From the IMG/VR virus record IMGVR_UViG_2974688470_000001, positions 6,993 through 70,992 of that record: a DNA stretch of 64,000 bases; one strand, 5' to 3'. The notes beneath the pieces were generated by a model. That model was not told the DNA's origin. It searched no databases and saw nothing but the letters and a program-made list of their open reading frames with translations. This document shows positions 58,520 through 64,000 of this stretch, piece after piece. This DNA is from a virus. Its lineage: Duplodnaviria; Caudoviricetes. The position numbers were made by a program, and so were the translations under genes. The first letter of the stretch is position 1. Each line of letters begins with the position of its first letter.

Positions 58520-58735
58520 CTACTTCTGCGTGACCAGCCTGATGCGCCCGCCCTGAGCTGGGACGACGTGCTTGCGGACCCGGCCGTCAGCGCGCGGGGC
58601 CAGGCTCCGGTGGCAGACCGGGCACTCCGCCCGCTCCAGGCTGGTGCGCTCCCCGAGCGGGGTTCTCCAGCGCCGAGGCAGCGCCGCCCGGCCAGAGCCA
58701 GGGCAGCGCCGCCGGGCGCGCTCAGTAGGGGCCAT
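58520..58735 (-). CDS. Small zinc-ribbon-like protein
   Basis: CPGSG...CPVC...H. Confidence 0.55.
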   Translation of the reverse strand: MAPTERARRRCPGSGRAALPRRWRTPLGERTSLERAECPVCHRSLAPRADGRVRKHVVPAQGGRIRLVTQK

Positions 58736-59006
58736 CGCCGGGGCGGATGGCGCGGATGGGCATCGGATCGGCGTCGGAGCCAGGCGGCTCCTCGGCCTCG
58801 GCGGCGCGGCAATCGCTGCTCATGCACGTCGAGAGGTGCCAGGCGGCTGGGAGCGTGCCGCCATCGGAGAGCCAGCCATGCAGGGCCAGCACCAGGTCGG
58901 CCATCCGGCCGGTGTCGGCGTGATTGCTCCGGCTCTCGTCATCGACCTCGGCCTGGTGCTCGCGCGCGATGTCGAGCAGCTCCAGGAGGTTGGCGTCGGG
59001 GTCCAT
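58722..59006 (-). CDS. Hypothetical protein
   Basis: TGATG coupling; MDPDANL...LHGWLSDGG.LP.AW. Confidence 0.7.
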   Translation of the reverse strand: MDPDANLLELLDIAREHQAEVDDESRSNHADTGRMADLVLALHGWLSDGGTLPAAWHLSTCMSSDCRAAEAEEPPGSDADPMPIRAIRPGDGPY

Positions 59007-59236
59007 CAGCCCACCTCCACCCAGCTCGCGGCCACGCGCAGGAGGTTCTCGTAGTCGCCGCTCATCGACTCGGCGAGGTAGGCGTCCAGCTCCTCCTTGG
59101 AGGCCCCGGCCTCGCGCAGGGCGCGCTGGACCAGGCCCATGACCATGAAGGCGTTGCCGTCCTGGCCGGTCAGCTGGACATAGACGTGGGGATACTTCGG
59201 CCCTGGCTGGGCCTCGGTGACGGGTTGATCTGTCAT
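59006..59236 (-). CDS. Conserved phage hypothetical protein
   Basis: AAGGAG RBS; LTGQDGNAF...SGDYENLL. Confidence 0.75.
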   Translation of the reverse strand: MTDQPVTEAQPGPKYPHVYVQLTGQDGNAFMVMGLVQRALREAGASKEELDAYLAESMSGDYENLLRVAASWVEVG

Positions 59237-59336
59237 GCTGGGGTGCTCCTTCTGGAGAGGTTGTGGTGGCGGAGATGGGTGTGGAGGCCCGGCGGCAGAT
59301 GGGTCTGACACTGCCCGCCGCCGGGCCTCTCAGGGT

Positions 59337-59795
59337 CTAGCTGTACCCGCCCTGGGTGAAGGGCGTCACCGTGTCCACGGTCTGGGTATCGAGCACCCGG
59401 CCGTAGCGACCCATCCGCTCGGCGACCGGCGGCTCCGCGCCGGGCGGGAGCAGCGGATGGCCCATGTTCATCAGGAACAGGGTGGGCCAGTTCGCCTCGC
59501 CGACGAACGAGAGGAACCCGGCCCAGTTGAACCGGCGCGCCTCGTTCCCGGTGACGGCCACGCGGATGTTGCGCCCCTGGCGGAACACCACGGCGGCGTA
59601 GACGTAGGCCCGGCCGGACTGATACCGCTCGAACCCGAGGATGGCGCTCTCGCCGTCCTCCAGCGTCGGGCACTTGGGCCTGGACGCCTCCAGCTCGGCG
59701 GCGGTGGCCGCAGCCGCGTCCCGAGCCAGCTGCTCGGCGATCTCGCGGGCGCGAGCCGCCTCCTCTCTGAGCTTGGCGGCGGTGATGACGGTCAT
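59337..59795 (-). CDS. Hypothetical protein
   Basis: AAGGAG RBS. Confidence 0.75.
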   Translation of the reverse strand: MTVITAAKLREEAARAREIAEQLARDAAAATAAELEASRPKCPTLEDGESAILGFERYQSGRAYVYAAVVFRQGRNIRVAVTGNEARRFNWAGFLSFVGEANWPTLFLMNMGHPLLPPGAEPPVAERMGRYGRVLDTQTVDTVTPFTQGGYS

Positions 59796-59871
59796 GGTGA
59801 TCTCCTTCTCTGGGTTGTGGATGGTTGGCCCGCCCTGGGCCATCTGAGCGCCAGGGCGGGCCGGGTCCGAG

Positions 59872-60915
59872 CTAGTTGGCGGCTGCCAACAGCTGCTCGG
59901 CGGTCATCGGCAGCGCCTCCTTGAGCGCCACCGCGGCGCGCCCCTTCAGCTGGGCCACCTCGGGCGAGAGGATCGAGCGCAGCGCGCGCTTGCCCGCCTG
60001 ATCGCCCTTGCCGAGCACCGGCATGAAGTGATCGGCGTACTCGGTCACCGCGTTGTAGGCGGCGTAGGCGGTGCCCTCGAACGGCGCGATGGAGGGCGAG
60101 ACCCTCATCAGCTCCATCACCTTGGACACCGTGCCCACGCGGCTGTTGCGCGCACGATCGCTCTCGGCCTTGCTCACGCCGAACACGTCGTTGAGCACCG
60201 CGCGGGTCCACGCCTCGTCGCGCTCGGCCTTGACCAACGCCTCCATCTCGGCGGCGTAGGTGTCGATGTAGCGGAACGTGATCCCGAGCAGGCGGCGAAC
60301 CTCCTCCATCTTGACCTCCATCTCGCCGGTATGGCGCAGGCCCACCGTCGAGACCGCCTGCTGCTCAGCCAGACGCTGGGTGTTGGCGCACACGATCCGC
60401 ACCGGGCTGATCATGGCGCGGAGCTTGCCCTGGCCATCGTGGTTGTTGAGCACCGCGAGATACATCTCGGTCTTGTCGGTGAACCCGCCCGCCCCGGTGA
60501 ACTCCACATGGGTCGGCATCAGCATCGTCACGAACGTCTCCCGGCCACCGCGCAGCGCGCCGATGGTCTGGATGTGCGCCCCGCTCTGGTCGGTGATGTC
60601 GTAGAGGAGCTGGGTGCTGCGCTCGTTCTGGGTCGGCTGGAAGAACCGGCCGACCGTGGCCAGCGGCTCGGGCTTGCCGGTCCAGGGGTTGTCGCGGATG
60701 ACCACGAACTGGCCCTCCAGCGGCGCGATGGAGCCGTCCGGCAGCTGGACCATCAGCGGCTCCTTGCGCACGTTCCAGCCCAGCATGTGGGCGGCGCTCA
60801 GGGCCTCCTCCGGCTCCATCTCCCGGCCGACCTGCTGGCCCAGCTGGTGCCAGGCATCCTCGCGGCTATCGGCGAAAGCGAACTCGGTTCCGTTGTTGTC
60901 GATCAAGTGGCCCAT
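59872..60915 (-). CDS. DUF932-family protein
   Basis: AWHQLG, NNHDG, PVRIVCANT, LRHT and YNAVTEYADH motifs. Confidence 0.85.
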   Translation of the reverse strand: MGHLIDNNGTEFAFADSREDAWHQLGQQVGREMEPEEALSAAHMLGWNVRKEPLMVQLPDGSIAPLEGQFVVIRDNPWTGKPEPLATVGRFFQPTQNERSTQLLYDITDQSGAHIQTIGALRGGRETFVTMLMPTHVEFTGAGGFTDKTEMYLAVLNNHDGQGKLRAMISPVRIVCANTQRLAEQQAVSTVGLRHTGEMEVKMEEVRRLLGITFRYIDTYAAEMEALVKAERDEAWTRAVLNDVFGVSKAESDRARNSRVGTVSKVMELMRVSPSIAPFEGTAYAAYNAVTEYADHFMPVLGKGDQAGKRALRSILSPEVAQLKGRAAVALKEALPMTAEQLLAAAN

Positions 60916-60982
60916 CTCGGGCCTCCTCTCATGGTTGTGATGGATGGCCGGGGCGGAAGTCCCGCCCCGGCCGGGGTCGATC

Positions 60983-61252
60983 TCAGGCGACGTGCTCGAA
61001 CAGCCAATCGGTCAGGGCGTCCTCCTCCTTCATCGAGATGTCGGCGCGGTGGACCACCAGGCGCTCGCCGGAGGCGATGGCGTGTCCCTTGACGAACACC
61101 GGGGTGATCTCGTCCCAGGCCACCGCGCCCATGCCCTGCTTGGCGGCGAAGCGGCTGGCCTCGATCATTCCGTTGAGCAGGCCCGCCTCGGCCTCGGCCT
61201 CGGGGGTGGCGAAGAAGGCTCCGTCTTTGTGGGCGATGTTGATGGCGATCAT
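60983..61252 (-). CDS. Hypothetical protein
   Basis: AAGGAG RBS after cassette. Confidence 0.75.
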   Translation of the reverse strand: MIAINIAHKDGAFFATPEAEAEAGLLNGMIEASRFAAKQGMGAVAWDEITPVFVKGHAIASGERLVVHRADISMKEEDALTDWLFEHVA

Positions 61253-61268
61253 GGTCCTGGCTCCTTGT

Positions 61269-61308
61269 CCGGCGGGGCGATCCCGCCTACTCCTCTGAAG
61301 ATACCCGA
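61269..61308 (-). repeat. 40-bp promoter/hairpin cassette, copy 3
   Basis: Identical to 35104-35143. Confidence 0.95.
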
Positions 61309-61332
61309 GGAGGGCGGGAAACACACGCCCAG

Positions 61333-61494
61333 CTAGAAAGTTCCCAGAAGATAGCCGACCGGGATGGCCAGAACAGGGGCGATGACCATCGTCGCCGCCG
61401 CCAGCTCGGCCACGCCGCCGCGCCTGGTGAAGTGGAGCCAGACGCACGCCAGGAGGCTGATCAGCAGGAGGGTGATCGGGCCGTCGAGGATCAC
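61333..61494 (-). CDS. Small two-helix membrane protein
   Basis: GGAGG RBS; GTGA overlap; hydrophobic. Confidence 0.6.
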   Translation of the reverse strand: MILDGPITLLLISLLACVWLHFTRRGGVAELAAATMVIAPVLAIPVGYLLGTF

Positions 61495-61904
61495 CGGGTC
61501 ACCTCCAGGGTCAGCCCGCCGTCGAGCATCTGGCGCAGCAGCTCGATCTGCCAGGGCGCGAACCCCTCCGAGGAGGCCAGGAGAGCCTCCAGGGCCTTCT
61601 CCCGGCGCAGCTGGGCCACCTGGGCGAGATCGCCCGCCAGGCGGGCCAGGAGCGCCCTCCTCGCGGCCGTCTCGCGGCGCTCCGAGGGGAGCGGTCCCAT
61701 GAGCGCCGCCAGCTCGCCGGGCTGCCAGCCGGTCCACCGGGCCACGCGCCGGGCGCGGAGCTTGTGGCGGATCGCCCAGCGGCGCTCGCTGGCCAGCCAG
61801 AGCATCCGAGGATGCTGGGAGCACTTCCACAGCCCGGCGTCGCAGAGGGCCTGGCGCGGATGGAGGAGCGGGAAGCTCGCGCGCTGGAGCCAGATCGGGG
61901 TCAT
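61491..61904 (-). CDS. Hypothetical protein
   Basis: ATGA overlap; fills gap. Confidence 0.6.
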   Translation of the reverse strand: MTPIWLQRASFPLLHPRQALCDAGLWKCSQHPRMLWLASERRWAIRHKLRARRVARWTGWQPGELAALMGPLPSERRETAARRALLARLAGDLAQVAQLRREKALEALLASSEGFAPWQIELLRQMLDGGLTLEVTR

Positions 61905-62284
61905 GGGAGCATCACCTCGAACTCCTCGCGGAACAGGCAGGTGCGCCCGCCGCCGACGTTGAACCGGATGCAGAAGATGGGTCGGCCCGAGCCGTTGTCC
62001 ATCTTGGTGGTGACCCGGCCTCGCGGGTCTTTCCGGCGATCCGCCAGGACCACCGCGATGTCGCCGGGCACCGGCTCGACGGTGCGCTCATTGCCCGCGA
62101 TGCGCAGCAGCGCGGCGTCCTGGCACTCGTCCTGGGCCTCGGCCTTGGTCTCATGGCGGGTGACCCCGCCCTCGATCCCAGGACCGCGGGCCACCCACCA
62201 CTTCCCTGCCTCGCCGCGCTCGACCCGCCAGGGTCCGGCGACGTAAGCCAGCTGGCCGTCCTTGCGCTCTCCGTGCCACTTCAT
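61901..62284 (-). CDS. Hypothetical protein
   Basis: ATGA overlap; codon bias. Confidence 0.7.
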   Translation of the reverse strand: MKWHGERKDGQLAYVAGPWRVERGEAGKWWVARGPGIEGGVTRHETKAEAQDECQDAALLRIAGNERTVEPVPGDIAVVLADRRKDPRGRVTTKMDNGSGRPIFCIRFNVGGGRTCLFREEFEVMLP

Positions 62285-62592
62285 CGCAGGCCCGCCAGTT
62301 CCAGCTCAAGGGCCTGGATCATCAGGCTGGCGTGGACGTGGCCGGGGTGCTTGCCGAGCACCTCGCGGTGGCGCTCCAGGAGGCCCTCCAGGCGGCGGCG
62401 CTCCAGCTCGACGGCCAGGGGCGGCGAGCAGATCGTGCATCGGGCGATGCTGTGGACCTTGCACGGTGCCTGGATGGCGGCGAGCAGCTCCTCGCGCTCC
62501 AGGCGGCAGTAGTAGCCGTCGCACTCGGGCTGGAGTTCGCCCAGCTCGGCGCAGATGTGCTCCGGCTGGTCGGCCGGGTCTCGATGGGACAT
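62281..62592 (-). CDS. Cys/His-rich hypothetical protein
   Basis: AAGGAG RBS. Confidence 0.65.
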   Translation of the reverse strand: MSHRDPADQPEHICAELGELQPECDGYYCRLEREELLAAIQAPCKVHSIARCTICSPPLAVELERRRLEGLLERHREVLGKHPGHVHASLMIQALELELAGLR

Positions 62593-62617
62593 GACGTGCT
62601 CCTTCGTGGTTGTGGGA

Positions 62618-62875
62618 TCAGAACGTCTTGACGATGGCGAACAGGGTGGGGCGGTCGTCGTCGCCGTCGAGGGCGTACCAGGCTGCCTCGATGAACTCGC
62701 CATCGAGGTCCATCTCCGCGCGGGCCTCGGCGAGGTCGCAATCGCGGACCTTGTGGCCCTCGACATCGCTGACGAACTCGTCGCGGAGCTTGCCCGCCAT
62801 GAAGGCGCTGTACTCGCGCCCGTAGCAGTTGAGGGCGTTGGTTCCCTCGTCCTGGACGGCGACGGTGAAGATCAT
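62618..62875 (-). CDS. Hypothetical acidic protein
   Basis: Follows cassette copy 4. Confidence 0.7.
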   Translation of the reverse strand: MIFTVAVQDEGTNALNCYGREYSAFMAGKLRDEFVSDVEGHKVRDCDLAEARAEMDLDGEFIEAAWYALDGDDDRPTLFAIVKTF

Positions 62876-62887
62876 GGCTCTCGCTTC

Positions 62888-62926
62888 CCGGCGGGGCGAT
62901 CCCGCCTACTCCTCTGAGAATACCGA
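62888..62926 (-). repeat. Promoter/hairpin cassette, copy 4 (variant -10)
   Basis: CCGGCGGGGCGATCCCGCCTACTCCTCTGAGAATACCGA. Confidence 0.9.
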
Positions 62927-62951
62927 CATGGGCGGGCAATTGCACGCCAGC

Positions 62952-62990
62952 TAGAAAAGAGACCCGGCCGGATCGCTCCGGCCGGGCCTC
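62952..62990 (-). terminator. Intrinsic terminator
   Basis: Minus strand CCCGGCCGGA-GCGA-TCCGGCCGGG followed by TCTCTTTTCT, right after stop codon at 62999. Confidence 0.8.
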
Positions 62991-62998
62991 GCGGCGAG

Positions 62999-63766
62999 CT
63001 AGGCGCTGGCCTTCTCGGCTGCCTTGGCCTGCTCCCACTCCACGCGCCGCTCCTCGACCTTGACCTCCAGGGCCTCGGCCTTGGCGATGTCGCCAGCCTC
63101 GCGCGCCGCCTTGGCCTGGATGCGGACCTCGCGCATCCGGCGGTAGGCGTTGTAGGCCGGGCCGGAGCCGCGCCAGACCTTCTTGCCCTCGGCGGTGATG
63201 GCCTTGACACCCTTGGGCTTGGCCGGGGCCTTGACCGCGACCAGCTCGACGCTGGGCACGTCCTCGATGGCCTTCTCGACCTTGGCCACGACCTCGGCCT
63301 CGCCGTTCTCGCGGGCCTTCTTGGCGGCGCGCTGGCGGCGGCGGTCGGCGGCAGCCTTGGCGCGCTTGGCAGCCTGGGCGTCCATCTCGGCCTGGATGGT
63401 GGCGTCGATGTCGTCCTGGCTCGGGACCGGGGCGCTCTCGACGCGGGCGTCCAGCGCCGCCTGGCTCGGCGATCCCGCCAGCTTGGCCTGGTAGACCGCC
63501 AGGAGGCGCTCCCGGTCGATGTCGCCCCAGCCGTGCTCGGCGATCTCGGCGACATCCTCGGCGGTGACCTTGCCGTTGACCGCGGTGGGGTAGACCGGGA
63601 TGACCTTGGTGCCCGGCGCGTGGTAGCGATCCGTCGCGGCCTTGTGGGCGGCGGCGAAGCTCTTGTGCCAGGTTCCGCCTGCGTAGGCGACGTAGGGCAT
63701 CGTTCCCGAGGTGCGGGTGACGGTTTCGCCCTCGGCGGTGATTCCGGTGAAGGTGATGGTGGCCAT
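62999..63766 (-). CDS. Ala/Lys-rich hypothetical protein
   Basis: GAGGAG RBS after cassette; internal repeat ITAEG(E/K). Confidence 0.75.
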   Translation of the reverse strand: MATITFTGITAEGETVTRTSGTMPYVAYAGGTWHKSFAAAHKAATDRYHAPGTKVIPVYPTAVNGKVTAEDVAEIAEHGWGDIDRERLLAVYQAKLAGSPSQAALDARVESAPVPSQDDIDATIQAEMDAQAAKRAKAAADRRRQRAAKKARENGEAEVVAKVEKAIEDVPSVELVAVKAPAKPKGVKAITAEGKKVWRGSGPAYNAYRRMREVRIQAKAAREAGDIAKAEALEVKVEERRVEWEQAKAAEKASA

Positions 63767-63782
63767 GTGATTCTCCTCTGTT

Positions 63783-63822
63783 CCGGCGGGCCGATCCCGC
63801 CTACTCCTCTGAAGATACCCGA
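63783..63822 (-). repeat. 40-bp promoter/hairpin cassette, copy 5 (one loop mismatch)
   Basis: CCGGCGGGCCGATCCCGCCTACTCCTCTGAAGATACCCGA. Confidence 0.95.
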
Positions 63823-63941
63823 GTTGGGAGGGGAACACACGTCGAGCCAGAAATTAATTTCGCGCGGATTGCCTCCGCCGTTTTTCGCGCATCCCTCGGT
63901 TGGTCCCCGGTGCCCGGCTCCGAGGCCCAGAATACCGACTT

Positions 63942-63997
63942 AGGAGGGTAATTGCACCGTGTCTCCCGGCGAGCGCGCGCCAGTGAGTTACCCTCCT
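63942..63997 (-). ncRNA. Candidate small hairpin RNA related to 58387-58474
   Basis: AGGAGGGTAA...TTACCCTCCT terminal stem; shares GGGTAACTCA(A)CTGGCGC; at window edge. Confidence 0.35.
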
Positions 63998-64000
63998 TCT

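Larger units (their letters stand above)
1..64000. mobile_element. Tailed dsDNA actinobacteriophage genome segment (cluster B mycobacteriophage-like, apparently lytic)
   Basis: Portal-protease-capsid-tail-tape measure synteny, lysin A plus lysin B, phage replication block, no host housekeeping genes; cluster assignment from recalled gene order only. Confidence 0.9.

Noticed and set aside
57617-63822. Palindromic repeats as a CRISPR array
   Set aside because: Spacing is 0.3-3 kb and contains whole genes; no cas operon; the PD-(D/E)XK nuclease is a common stand-alone phage exonuclease

Overview
A GC-rich, gene-dense window covering most of a tailed (siphovirus) actinobacteriophage genome. Gene order and protein motifs match what I recall of cluster B mycobacteriophages; this was not confirmed by a search. 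The left part (about 1-33.5 kb, mostly + strand) holds portal, MuF/protease fusion, two capsid proteins, a membrane/holin block, major tail, head-tail connectors, tape measure and minor tail genes. Lysin A and B lie at 35-38 kb. A leftward replication block (exonuclease, SF2 helicase, primase-helicase, DNA polymerase I) spans 38-50 kb, followed by a rightward block (50.4-55.6 kb) and a leftward array of small accessory genes (55.6-64 kb). I saw no integrase, tRNA or CRISPR array. The most notable unexplained structure is regulatory: (1) a 40-bp promoter-plus-hairpin cassette repeated in front of leftward accessory genes; (2) a dispersed operator-like motif in at least 12 intergenic sites; (3) leaderless-type promoters directly before more than a dozen genes; (4) two related small hairpin RNA candidates. 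Also noted: a displaced tail-chaperone pair with a candidate -1 frameshift, a synonymous AT-rich patch inside the protease gene, a dual-coding overlap and a papain-like protease. All coordinates and alignments were read by eye.
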